Shown one piece after another: positions 1 to 8,838 of a stretch of 24,650 nucleotides of DNA. This DNA comes from a virus. The DNA is taken from the UHGV virus genome UHGV-0200293. One strand, given 5' to 3'. The position numbers and the translations under genes are program-made. Under the pieces are notes generated by a model. It saw only the letters and a program-made list of their open reading frames with translations, was not told the DNA's origin and did no database searches. Position 1 is the first letter of the stretch; each line of letters opens with the position of its first letter.

Positions 1-271
1 CGGATTGTATGTATCTAATTTTTCTGGCTATGTTGTTGGGATATTGTTCAGTTACGTCCTTAACACATATTTTACTTTCTCGTCAAAGCCATCATTCAGA
101 AGGTTGGTTAAGTTCATTGTATGTTGTGCAGCCTGCTACGTCATCAATCTCATAGCCATGAAAACAACTATAGCATTTGGTTTTGAAAATAAATATTTAA
201 TCCAGCTGGCAGGGATGTTTTTCTATACAATCTCTGGTTTTTTAATTAATAAACTCTGGGTAATGAAATAA
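1..271 (+). CDS. gtrA: GtrA-family bactoprenol-linked glucose flippase, C-terminal 88-89 codons (5' end outside window)
   Basis: Small hydrophobic protein ending in stop that overlaps the gtrB ATG; gtrA-gtrB-gtrC order. Confidence 0.75.
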   Translation, partial: GLYVSNFSGYVVGILFSYVLNTYFTFSSKPSFRRLVKFIVCCAACYVINLIAMKTTIAFGFENKYLIQLAGMFFYTISGFLINKLWVMK

Positions 272-1227
272 TGAAAGCGCCTGTTCTTTCCATTGTTGTG
301 CCTTGCTATAATGAGCAAGATGTTTTTAGCCTTTGTCTTAATGAGTTATCATCTCGTATGAGTGAAATGAAAGACAAAGGGAAAATAGATAGAGAAAGTC
401 ATATAGTCTTTGTTGATGATGGAAGCAAAGATAATACCTGGCGATTAATAGAAGAAGCATCAAGTGACAGTTGTCTGGTGAAAGGGGTAAAACTTTCACG
501 AAATAAAGGCCATCAGACTGCATTGATGGCAGGGTTATCATCATGCACTACATCTGACATTACTGTAAGTATTGATGCTGACTTGCAAGATGACACCGCT
601 GTGATTGAAAAAATGGTTGACTCCTATCTCTCTGGTCACGACATAGTATACGGAGTAAGGAACGACAGAACCTCAGATAGTTTTTTTAAGAAGTTTACAG
701 CAGAAGCATTCTATAAGGTAATGACCAGGCTTGGTGTAAATCAGGTTGAAAATCATGCTGATTTTAGGCTGTTAAGTCGAAGGGCGCTCAACTCCCTTTT
801 ACAGTATAAAGAACAAAACCTATATATTCGGGGTCTTATCCCCCTGATCGGATATCCAAGTGATAAAGTGTACTATTCTCGTCATGAGCGAGCGGCAGGA
901 GAATCAAAGTACCCGCTCAGAAAAATGCTGGCTCTTGCCCTTGAAGGAATCACATCGTTCTCAGTAACTCCGTTGAGGATCGTAACCGCTTTAGGTTTTA
1001 TTATCTCTATACTTTCATCAATTGGAGTTATATATACTCTTGCCCAGTATTTTCTTGGACATACTGTTAGTGGATGGGCGTCGATGATTTTAGCTGTACT
1101 ATTTATAGGTGGAGTTCAAATGCTCTGCCTTGGTGTGATTGGCGAGTATATTGGTAAGATATATATTGAAAGTAAAAAAAGACCAAAGTTTTTTATTTCT
1201 GAGGTAACGGAAAATGACAAAGAATAA
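271..1227 (+). CDS. gtrB: GtrB bactoprenol glucosyltransferase (GT2 family)
   Basis: N-terminus MKAPVLSIVVPCYNEQDVF, DxD-type GT2 core, two C-terminal TM helices; 318 aa. Confidence 0.9.
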   Translation: MKAPVLSIVVPCYNEQDVFSLCLNELSSRMSEMKDKGKIDRESHIVFVDDGSKDNTWRLIEEASSDSCLVKGVKLSRNKGHQTALMAGLSSCTTSDITVSIDADLQDDTAVIEKMVDSYLSGHDIVYGVRNDRTSDSFFKKFTAEAFYKVMTRLGVNQVENHADFRLLSRRALNSLLQYKEQNLYIRGLIPLIGYPSDKVYYSRHERAAGESKYPLRKMLALALEGITSFSVTPLRIVTALGFIISILSSIGVIYTLAQYFLGHTVSGWASMILAVLFIGGVQMLCLGVIGEYIGKIYIESKKRPKFFISEVTENDKE

Positions 1228-2914
1228 TAAAGTATATTTTATATCCTTTGTGATTGTGTTAGTTTTAGCTCTGTTAAATGTGCATGTATTCATGGGTAAT
1301 GAACAGAGCGTGTACTTTTGGGACTCCAAAAATTTTTGGATGCAATGGATGAGATACGCCGATCTGTTGTTCCAGAGCCCGTTGGACTGGGGCATGTCTG
1401 TTTATACAACAGTAACAAAGGATGACTATAACGCTCTGTCTACAGCATTATTATTTCCATTTAAATTTCTGCCCATCGACTCAAGAAGTGCTTACATATA
1501 CGCTATAACCATTACATATTTAATCCCTGTAATTTTATTGGCAACATTTATTTTATTAAAAATATTTGAAAACAAGTCAGCATTCTATGTAATAACAACA
1601 GCTATTCTTGTTGTATTATATACTCCATTCTGGAAACCAACTCTTAGAGGTTTGCCTGATGTTGTCGGACTGATACCTATTCTCTGTGTGATTTATTTTA
1701 CGATAAAAAATAACTTATCAAACAGAGTATTGTTATTTAAATCAGTTTTTCTCGGCATTCTGTTATGGATGCCATTTGCATTTAGAAGATGGTATATATT
1801 TACGGTCATCACCTTATATATAACCTTGCCTTTTTTTGTGGCTTATTATCATGATGTTAAGTTTAAGTTCGAGTTAAACAAAGCAAAAAACATATTGATT
1901 AACTTTTTCATCTCAGGAATAATCACTGTTGCCCTTGCATTATTAATTCAGAAAGAGTTAATAGCCAGAATAATATCTACAGATTACTCAACCATGTATT
2001 CAGCTTACCAATATGGATTCTCAAAATCACTTATGGTGATTTTTGGAGATATTGGTTTGTTTATGATGCCATTTTTTATATTTGGCATAATTAGTGCCAT
2101 TTCAAACATTAAAACAAAGCAAAGCGTTTTTGTTCTTTTCTCTGCTTTCTCGTTTGTTATCAGTGTACTATTATTTACTGGTACTCAGACACCCGGCATT
2201 CATCATGTTCTACCATTCTCTCTGTGGTTCTTGTTTGTTTCTATTTTTGGGCTAAATTACATATCATCATTATTCAAGAGCAAGGATGCCGAACATTCTT
2301 TACTTACCATAATTATGGTAGGCATGACGCTTATATCTGTTAGCACTTTTAACAAACCATTCCCTTCTTATAAAAATGGCTTCCATATATTTCCTGATGG
2401 ATTATACCCATATAAAGTTTCCAATTTCGACGAGTACAAAAGGCTGAGTGATAGACTTGTAGCCCTTACGAATAGTGGCGATAAAATATCTGTATTTAGC
2501 TCTAACTACATCTTAAATGATGATATGTTACTTACAATATCTAATTTCAAGCTTACCCCTCGTGTATTCCGTGTATCTCAAGTAGATTTGCGCGATAAAC
2601 TCAGGATGGAAGCTTTCTCCACAAAATATGTTGTGGTTACTAACCCCATACAGTTGCATTTAAACAAGGACGGACAAAGGGTCATCTCTTACCCTGCGAC
2701 CTTATTGTTAAATAGAAAAGGTATAGGTTCGGCATATAAAAAACTTGATGAAAAATATCAACTAAGTAAAGGGGTTTCTGCATATATCTATGAAAAGCAG
2801 AGGCCATTTACTGAGTCTGAGTCCCAAGATTTTATAAAAAACATAGTTAATATGTACCCTCAATGGAATGAACTATACAATAATGCTAAGACATTAAAAT
2901 TATTATCTGAATAA
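1214..2914 (+). CDS. gtrC: GtrC-type serotype-specific O-antigen glucosyltransferase, polytopic membrane protein
   Basis: 566 aa, many TM segments, overlaps gtrB end by 14 nt; third gene of the gtr operon. Confidence 0.65.
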   Translation: MTKNNKVYFISFVIVLVLALLNVHVFMGNEQSVYFWDSKNFWMQWMRYADLLFQSPLDWGMSVYTTVTKDDYNALSTALLFPFKFLPIDSRSAYIYAITITYLIPVILLATFILLKIFENKSAFYVITTAILVVLYTPFWKPTLRGLPDVVGLIPILCVIYFTIKNNLSNRVLLFKSVFLGILLWMPFAFRRWYIFTVITLYITLPFFVAYYHDVKFKFELNKAKNILINFFISGIITVALALLIQKELIARIISTDYSTMYSAYQYGFSKSLMVIFGDIGLFMMPFFIFGIISAISNIKTKQSVFVLFSAFSFVISVLLFTGTQTPGIHHVLPFSLWFLFVSIFGLNYISSLFKSKDAEHSLLTIIMVGMTLISVSTFNKPFPSYKNGFHIFPDGLYPYKVSNFDEYKRLSDRLVALTNSGDKISVFSSNYILNDDMLLTISNFKLTPRVFRVSQVDLRDKLRMEAFSTKYVVVTNPIQLHLNKDGQRVISYPATLLLNRKGIGSAYKKLDEKYQLSKGVSAYIYEKQRPFTESESQDFIKNIVNMYPQWNELYNNAKTLKLLSE

Positions 2915-2942
2915 AAACAGGCCGCGAACGCGGCCTGTTTTT
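2913..2942. terminator. Bidirectional intrinsic terminator between gtrC and the convergent phage late operon
   Basis: AAAAA-CAGGCCGCG-AA-CGCGGCCTG-TTTTT: GC hairpin flanked by A-run and T-run, placed between two convergent stop codons. Confidence 0.7.
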
Positions 2943-3750
2943 ACACTATCGTCCCAGTACCATTTTTCCATACTGATCCGGTCCATGTTATAGCGTAACC
3001 TAAAGTTGTATCTAATATCTGCGCACCTGCGTCAACAAGACCAAGGGCGGGCCTTCCTGCGGTAGTAAAACTTGGCAGGCGCGGAGGCTTTACAAAGTTA
3101 ACAGAGTTAGCTGTTCCAAAACATGTAATACTAGCTGTAGTTAACTGTACTGTATATGTATTAGACCAAGCCCAGCGAGTTGTTCCATCATAATATCCAT
3201 TTGCAATTTTGTTATCAAATGTAGCTGGAGTAACTTCAACACCAGTAACAGCGATTGAATCAGCCACTTCGAACACCACGGTGTCAGCGTCGTAAACTTT
3301 CCACTCACCAGAGAAAGTGGAAATGTCGTTGGTCCCGAAGTCTCCAGACCATGACGTGGTATTCATGTAGCCCTGAATGTAGGTGCCAGCGTTCTCACCA
3401 GCGAAGTCGAAGCGTACCCAAAGGTTAGGCTGCCGACCTGCCTGCACTTCATCAAAGATGTACTTCGACAGACGCCACGCGCCGATCTCGTTATCTTTAT
3501 CCGACTTGCGAAACTCACCTTCACCGGAGATCGTCAGATCCATGTTGTTGACCAGGTTCTCCACCAGCCCTTTAGCATCATCTGCTTCGGAGTTGATGGT
3601 GTTCATCGAATAGTCGATGCCCTTGGTCGTCATAGCGCCGAGACGCTTCCACTCGGAAAGCGCTGGCACTGCGTCGGGGCAGCCAAAGGCCATGCGTAGC
3701 ACAGTTACTTTCCCGATCAGCTTGCCAAAATCATTAGCACAGCCTTGCAT
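2941..3750 (-). CDS. Phage major tail (tube)-like protein with C-terminal extension; last gene of the late operon
   Basis: 269 aa; N-terminal region (LGAMTTKGIDYSMNT...DLTISGEGEF) resembles TP901-1-type tail tube proteins from memory; RBS GAGAGG 5 nt before ATG. Confidence 0.4.
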   Translation of the reverse strand: MQGCANDFGKLIGKVTVLRMAFGCPDAVPALSEWKRLGAMTTKGIDYSMNTINSEADDAKGLVENLVNNMDLTISGEGEFRKSDKDNEIGAWRLSKYIFDEVQAGRQPNLWVRFDFAGENAGTYIQGYMNTTSWSGDFGTNDISTFSGEWKVYDADTVVFEVADSIAVTGVEVTPATFDNKIANGYYDGTTRWAWSNTYTVQLTTASITCFGTANSVNFVKPPRLPSFTTAGRPALGLVDAGAQILDTTLGYAITWTGSVWKNGTGTIV

Positions 3751-3765
3751 GTGTACCTCTCAAAT

Positions 3766-3789
3766 AAAAAAGGCCGCCGGATGGCAGCC
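3766..3789 (-). terminator. Intrinsic terminator (minus strand) upstream of the tail-tube-like gene
   Basis: Minus-strand RNA GGCUGCC-AUCC-GGCGGCC followed by UUUUUUAUUUG. Confidence 0.55.
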
Positions 3790-3809
3790 TGATGGGTTGG
3801 TGATGGGGG

Positions 3810-4016
3810 CTATTCGCCGTAAACGCACATGAACTGAAGTCGGAAGACCAATCGTCCCTCTTCAGTCAGGAGTGGTGCTGGCATATTCCCGAGGTTTTGA
3901 ATCAGGCCAAGGCACTCATCGGCAATGTCGTTCTGTTCGACATAATTGATGATTTCCTATGCCTTTTCTGCTGCTGGGCGACGATTACGTACTCGTTCGT
4001 ACATTGGAGGAGTCAT
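3810..4016 (-). pseudogene. Small late-region gene interrupted by in-frame amber codon
   Basis: ATG overlaps upstream stop (ATGA); 19 codons, TAG at 3957-3959, then 48 more in-frame codons to TAG at 3810-3812. Confidence 0.45.
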
Positions 4017-4381
4017 AACGACATTTCCTTGGCGATTGCAGCGTCTATCTGTCGCCGGGTTTCTTCGAAACCTTTAGTAAGAAATTCTTTCTTGGCCGTT
4101 GCCCGGCGGAAGTTCTGCGGTACATTCGGATCATGGACATAAACGGCGTAGTTAGCAGTGTATCCAACGCGCCCAGTAACACGATTTCCGTTCACCGTAA
4201 TCTCTCTGAATTGGCTGTTTATGAGGGTTGAAGTATCAATTGGTGTATACAGAGCCGCCTGCGTTCCGCCTATAATCAAAGCAGATTGCATAGCACGAAC
4301 GACTTTTCTCCCCTGTATATCACCAACAATAGTGTTCAGGTGCCTCTTCGCCTAGTTGACGCCCTTCACTTTGATGCCCAT
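4013..4381 (-). pseudogene. Late-region (head-tail joining or tail completion?) gene interrupted by in-frame amber codon
   Basis: RBS GGAG-AAAAA-ATG at 4379-4381; MGIKVKGVN, TAG at 4352-4354, then 112 in-frame codons; ORF track only reports the part from the internal ATG at 4291. Confidence 0.55.
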
Positions 4382-4397
4382 TTTTTCTCCAGGCAAT

Positions 4398-4419
4398 AAA
4401 AAAGGCCGCCTTAGCGACC
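4398..4419 (-). terminator. Intrinsic terminator (minus strand)
   Basis: Minus-strand RNA GGUCGC-UAAG-GCGGCC followed by UUUUUUAUUGCC. Confidence 0.55.
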
Positions 4420-4437
4420 TTATCTGAATGCGTTGTG

Positions 4438-4611
4438 CTACTTATACATGATGCTGATTTCTTTTGAATCCTCTGACTCTTTCCATTCCAACTGAATGAG
4501 AAGAGACGGATCATTACGAATTAGCTCTGCAATTTCATTAAGCTTATCCGCAACAACTCCCGCTGACTCTGGAGTGAAATTACCAGTGTTGTAACCGCTG
4601 ACTTCAGACAT
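4438..4611 (-). CDS. Hypothetical small protein (57 aa), candidate accessory insert
   Basis: Not in ORF track (under 60 aa); RBS GAGAGGA 5 nt before ATG; ends just before a terminator. Confidence 0.4.
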   Translation of the reverse strand: MSEVSGYNTGNFTPESAGVVADKLNEIAELIRNDPSLLIQLEWKESEDSKEISIMYK

Positions 4612-4657
4612 AAATTCCTCTCAACGCGTGGGTTTAGAAGACTCTATCATACTCCCG

Positions 4658-4999
4658 TCAGGATGGCGTAATCATCCGCCAGGCGTTCGAACGTGTCGGC
4701 GTAGCGGATATAACCTGGCGCACCTCGTCGGCACCGGCCACAACCGGGTCTGCTTCAGTCGAAACCCCAATCAGCAGGTAATCACCAGCGGCCGCCAGCG
4801 CAAACTCCGTCCAGACGGTATTCTTCACGACGATTTCAGCGCCCAGGCTGGCTAGCTTCTTGCTGAGTCCGCCCTCGTAATCACAGATGATTTGCTCAGG
4901 TTCGGCATAGCCTAGCGGGTCGCCGTATTCGTCATTGCCTTCCAGTTTGCGCCAGATGGTCGCCGTGGCGGTATAGCTCCACGAAGCAATGCTCGACAT
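4658..4999 (-). CDS. Phage head-tail joining / tail completion-like protein (113 aa)
   Basis: Start MSSIASW overlaps the upstream stop (TGATG); position after head-completion genes. Confidence 0.4.
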   Translation of the reverse strand: MSSIASWSYTATATIWRKLEGNDEYGDPLGYAEPEQIICDYEGGLSKKLASLGAEIVVKNTVWTEFALAAAGDYLLIGVSTEADPVVAGADEVRQVISATPTRSNAWRMITPS

Positions 5000-5172
5000 C
5001 AGCCCTCCTTCCAGCGCAGCACCTTCGCGCCGGTCGCCCGGATGCGCGGGCAGTTGATGAACCACTCGCCATCCGATTTCACGTGGCCAGTCGTCTCCCG
5101 CCCGGTGTCGGTCATCACCCAGACGCGGGTGAAAGAGCGCGGCAGCCCGTGCTTAACTGATTTGTACGTCAT
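4999..5172 (-). CDS. Small phage structural-module protein (57 aa)
   Basis: ATG overlaps upstream stop and its own stop overlaps the next ATG; not in ORF track because of size. Confidence 0.35.
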   Translation of the reverse strand: MTYKSVKHGLPRSFTRVWVMTDTGRETTGHVKSDGEWFINCPRIRATGAKVLRWKEG

Positions 5173-5552
5173 CAGCAGCCTCCGACCACCATGAACAGGC
5201 CGACGCTGCTCCCGGCGCTGATTGGCAGGTCGCCGGTGCAGCCGCTGGTATCGAGTTTCGCCAGTGAGTCGCGCAGCCAGTTGATGCTGTCGTCGCCATA
5301 TTCAAACGAGCGGGACGCGCCAGACGGAGCGCCCTGCGATTTGATGCGACGCGCGCCGGACGACGTAGCCATCAATGCGGCGGCGTACATCAGGATCAGC
5401 TTCGCGGTGCACTCGTCATACCCCGCGCCATCGAGGCATGGGATAATCTTGTTCACTACGCAGAGGATCGGCTCCAGCAGCGAGCCCGGAATGGAGTAAC
5501 CCAATTCACCGGGGAACGCCTGCACGTCTGCCGCTGTGATTGGGTCAGCCAT
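5172..5552 (-). CDS. Phage head-tail adaptor / head completion-like protein (126 aa)
   Basis: Position directly downstream of the capsid gene block; tightly packed with neighbours. Confidence 0.4.
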   Translation of the reverse strand: MADPITAADVQAFPGELGYSIPGSLLEPILCVVNKIIPCLDGAGYDECTAKLILMYAAALMATSSGARRIKSQGAPSGASRSFEYGDDSINWLRDSLAKLDTSGCTGDLPISAGSSVGLFMVVGGC

Positions 5553-5554
5553 GG

Positions 5555-5761
5555 TTATTTACCCTTCTTCGCTTTGGTTTTCGGCTCTGCTGGAGCGGCA
5601 ACCTCAATATGACGCTCTCCGCCATCGATCACCTCAACCAGACCAGTAGATTCCCAGCGTTCCGCAACATCATCGCTAACCTCTAACGTCATGCCAACCT
5701 CCAACTTCTGGAGATTGGCACCGGAAAAGAGGTTAGATGAGACCACTTTTACCAGTGCCAT
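5555..5761 (-). CDS. Small phage head-module protein (68 aa)
   Basis: RBS AAGGGGG before ATG; lysine-rich C-terminus; sits between capsid and adaptor genes. Confidence 0.4.
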   Translation of the reverse strand: MALVKVVSSNLFSGANLQKLEVGMTLEVSDDVAERWESTGLVEVIDGGERHIEVAAPAEPKTKAKKGK

Positions 5762-5841
5762 GCCGCCCCCCCTTAGCTCGAAGCGAAAACGACAGAGAAG
5801 TGACCGTTGATGTCCTGCTTAACCATCAGGCCAGCTGCACC

Positions 5842-6852
5842 CTAGGTACGCCAGACATAATCGCTGTTATAGAAGAGGCGCGGGTCGGCTACTGTGCCGA
5901 ACGCCTGACCAATAATGGGGGCAATAACTCCAGCACCCAGCGGAACAATCAGGATCTGGTTGCCGGTCAACTGAGCATCTTCTTTTACTGCGGAAATACC
6001 AGATAACTTCAGAATCTCTTCCAGCACGGTGCGGGTTTTATTCTGAGTGTCGTAGTACTGCTCGAGGTTGGACATGATTTCTGCCGACACATGCCAGGTC
6101 TGCTGGCCATACTGATAGTTTTGAAGCTTCAGTACATCGCGCAGCGCAATCGCGGCAGCACGCATAGCGTCTGGATCAGTGCTGGTCGCGAAGTTTACTG
6201 TCAGTGTTACCTGAGCAACGCGCTCGTCCGCCTGCAGCCCTTTCCAGGTATAGTCATCAAATTTGATGAAATTGCCTTCGCTGTCGCGAAAACCATTCCA
6301 GATATAGTCCACATACTGACGGCGAACATCATCAACAGAGCCTGCCTGAGCGTCAGACAGTGATGCCAGAGCGGAACCTTTGTTGAATACCGGATCACGC
6401 CAGTTGAACTTAAAGCCGCTGTCATGGATCGACACCATCGTTCCGTCAAAGGTGTAGCTTTTCGCGTCCAGAGCGGCACCAATCTGACCTGACATAGAAG
6501 TGTGAGCCCAGCCTCGTCCGCCTTTGCGGGCATACTCGTACACTGATTCTTCCAGACGAACGGAACGGGACAGCGGCATCAGATCATTCAGTAGCGTAAA
6601 CTCTGTGGTCGGCTCAAACTCGGCCAGTACTGTCTGGTCATACGCTTTATACAGTCGGCGGATATCGTCTACTGCATTAACAACATCCAGTACAGGGGCG
6701 TTGGATGCCTCACCACGAAATTGCGCGCGGGAGATGAAATCTGCCACAGCCTGAGCGCTAGCATTGCGTGCGAATTGCAACTCCTGAAACTGAGCCTGGT
6801 TGGCCTCAAAGTTTCGGGTCTCCTTCGCCTTTTTCATAGAAAATGCAAACAT
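5842..6852 (-). CDS. Major capsid protein
   Basis: 336 aa; follows scaffold and decoration genes in canonical order. Confidence 0.6.
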   Translation of the reverse strand: MFAFSMKKAKETRNFEANQAQFQELQFARNASAQAVADFISRAQFRGEASNAPVLDVVNAVDDIRRLYKAYDQTVLAEFEPTTEFTLLNDLMPLSRSVRLEESVYEYARKGGRGWAHTSMSGQIGAALDAKSYTFDGTMVSIHDSGFKFNWRDPVFNKGSALASLSDAQAGSVDDVRRQYVDYIWNGFRDSEGNFIKFDDYTWKGLQADERVAQVTLTVNFATSTDPDAMRAAAIALRDVLKLQNYQYGQQTWHVSAEIMSNLEQYYDTQNKTRTVLEEILKLSGISAVKEDAQLTGNQILIVPLGAGVIAPIIGQAFGTVADPRLFYNSDYVWRT

Positions 6853-6863
6853 TCAGTCTCTCC

Positions 6864-7307
6864 TTACTTGAATACGACGCGAACCAGATCGCCAGCAGCA
6901 GCGGTCAGCGCTTTGTCTTCTTCTACATATGCGAACACAGTGTCAGGCGTTTCGCCTGTAGTCGTTGCCAGTTTGATCCGACCATTGTCCACGGCAACCG
7001 GATCGCCTTTTGAGTACGTTCCCGCCGCTGCTCGCAAATTGAGGAACACACCAGGAGTGGGGTGAAATGCAACTACCCAGTCACCAGCGGCGATTGTATC
7101 GTCTACTGTTTTGCAGCGCAGGTAGTCATAGTTGGCAACGTAGTGAATTGCTGCTTCTGAGCCATCGGTTGAAGCAGTGAACTTACCATCAACAAAAATA
7201 CCGACAGTACCTGGCTGAGTGGCTGCCGCAGCAGCACCTTCGCGATGAAGTTGCGGGTTAGCGAAAATGCCGCCCGCGTGAATTACGTGTTTTCCGTCTT
7301 TAGCCAT
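6864..7307 (-). CDS. Head decoration-like protein (DUF2190-like)
   Basis: 147 aa Ala/Gly-rich protein between scaffold and capsid genes. Confidence 0.45.
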   Translation of the reverse strand: MAKDGKHVIHAGGIFANPQLHREGAAAAATQPGTVGIFVDGKFTASTDGSEAAIHYVANYDYLRCKTVDDTIAAGDWVVAFHPTPGVFLNLRAAAGTYSKGDPVAVDNGRIKLATTTGETPDTVFAYVEEDKALTAAAGDLVRVVFK

Positions 7308-7310
7308 TTT

Positions 7311-8507
7311 TTACTCCGGCATTTCGCTGACTGATTGGGTATTGGTAGCCTGGTTGCGGAATGCACCGTTCAGGCCGAAAGATGTCTGGCACTTGGCGTA
7401 CATGGCGTCGAGCGCCTTACCGTCCAGATCTGCAACTTCGTCGTCGCTCATGTTTATTGCCAGCTTTACAGCGGCGCGCTTTTCGCCTTTCTCTTTGTCA
7501 GAGTTGGCATTGATCTGGCTATTAATTGCGGAGACCTGCTCAGTAAGGACCTTCGCCCACGCTGGCATCTCTTCGCTGTTGGTGGTCTGCTCTTTAGCCT
7601 TCTTGTCTTCCGCTTCTTTCTTCTCACGGGCGGCCTTCTCTTCAGGCGTTTCTTCTTTGCTGCCGGCGTTTTCTGCCAGCATTTGGTTGTATGCGTCCAT
7701 CAGTTCGGCATCGGTTTTACCGTCAACCGATTTACCTTTGGCCTTCAGCGCATTAACGATGAGCTCTTTCATCGGGTCTGTTTCCTTCTGGGTTGAATCG
7801 CTGTTGGCGCCGAATAACGCCTTTAGCTGGTTGAAAAATGATTTGAATGCGGGGTCTTGCTGGTCTGGGGAATTGGACTCTTCGAGATTGACGACCTCGA
7901 TTTCGACTTCATCACCCTCAGCATTTACGAAGATGCCCACGCCCTCCTCCGGCGTTCCGGCGCCAGGCTCATCAAGCAGCACCGCCACATGGTCGAACAT
8001 CATGTTGGTGGCGATCTCGTTGTACTTCTTGCCCTTCGATTCGCCGTTGGCGGCTATGCCGGAATACAGCAGGCCGGTAGAAATGTGAATCGGGTCGGAG
8101 TTGGTGCCGGCCAGCATCTCATCCAAACGGTTAATCAGGCGCTTGCTCTTGTCGCTGGACTCGGCGTACTGGCGGTTAACGTACATGTCGCCCATCACCT
8201 TCCCGTCCTTGTGGCTGACGTTCTGAAGCCATGCCCCGACGTGGTACTCATTCACTGCCCGGACATCACGTGCCGACACATGCTTGCCGTCCACTTTCGG
8301 GTGGCCCAGCGGCATCGGGTTACGCTCGAGCGTGTTGTAGGCCTTTTCGATTTCTGCTGCCGGGTACAACTTCCGGTTCATCACGATATCGTCCACGACA
8401 GGCGTGATGCCGCGAACCACGATATGTGGCTTGCCGTCGATGGTTTCAGTGGTGATGTTTGAAGCGGAGTTGACGACGGTCAGCACGTTAACGCGGTTGC
8501 GTTTCAT
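7311..8507 (-). CDS. Capsid scaffolding/maturation protein (DUF2213-like N-terminus, charged coiled-coil C-terminus)
   Basis: 398 aa; C-terminal KEEK/AEDKKAKE low-complexity stretch; lies between MuF-like and capsid genes. Confidence 0.5.
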   Translation of the reverse strand: MKRNRVNVLTVVNSASNITTETIDGKPHIVVRGITPVVDDIVMNRKLYPAAEIEKAYNTLERNPMPLGHPKVDGKHVSARDVRAVNEYHVGAWLQNVSHKDGKVMGDMYVNRQYAESSDKSKRLINRLDEMLAGTNSDPIHISTGLLYSGIAANGESKGKKYNEIATNMMFDHVAVLLDEPGAGTPEEGVGIFVNAEGDEVEIEVVNLEESNSPDQQDPAFKSFFNQLKALFGANSDSTQKETDPMKELIVNALKAKGKSVDGKTDAELMDAYNQMLAENAGSKEETPEEKAAREKKEAEDKKAKEQTTNSEEMPAWAKVLTEQVSAINSQINANSDKEKGEKRAAVKLAINMSDDEVADLDGKALDAMYAKCQTSFGLNGAFRNQATNTQSVSEMPE

Positions 8508-8539
8508 GCTGGGGTCCTCATTGGTAGATTTCAGGCAAT

Positions 8540-8562
8540 AAAAAAGGCCGCCGAAGCGACCC
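8540..8562 (-). terminator. Intrinsic terminator (minus strand) ending the head-module insert
   Basis: Minus-strand RNA GGGUCGC-UUCG-GCGGCC followed by UUUUUUAUUGCC; near-identical to the 4398-4419 terminator. Confidence 0.5.
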
Positions 8563-8586
8563 TATATGCATTTGGTTTTAATTAGC

Positions 8587-8775
8587 TTAAGCAAAGGAAA
8601 TAGGCATTTCCATAAAGCTATCTAATGTTTCTGCCTTTCCATTTAAAGCAGACGGGGAAGGAACTTGAGCCAAAGATGCTGCAAAGAAGCTGGACTCCTC
8701 TAGGGCCTGCATAGCATTTTTGCGCAGCTCAGGGCTCATAGAGTCAAGTATTTCTTGAACAGTTCTCATTTTCAC
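8587..8775 (-). CDS. Hypothetical small protein (62 aa), accessory insert
   Basis: RBS GGAGGTGA before ATG; AT-rich; second gene of a two-gene cassette. Confidence 0.45.
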   Translation of the reverse strand: MKMRTVQEILDSMSPELRKNAMQALEESSFFAASLAQVPSPSALNGKAETLDSFMEMPISFA

Positions 8776-8838
8776 CTCCAGTTAACAACATATGTAGTCT
8801 ACTACCTTCAATCTCAACGTTCCACAACATATTAATGA

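Noticed and set aside
3383-3832. Plus-strand ORFs (76 and 71 aa) over the tail-tube-like gene and its upstream terminator
   Set aside because: Antisense to a supported gene, no RBS; used only to cross-check my reading of the sequence.
5776-5844. 22 in-frame codons following the TAG stop of the major capsid gene
   Set aside because: An open stretch this short is expected by chance, and the next gene has its own RBS and ATG at 5761, so I treat the TAG as the natural stop.
7342-8088. Long plus-strand ORFs (248, 153 and 201 aa) across the scaffold gene region
   Set aside because: Ser/Leu/Ala-rich low-complexity translations, no RBS, fully antisense to a well-supported minus-strand gene; typical shadow ORFs in GC-rich coding DNA.
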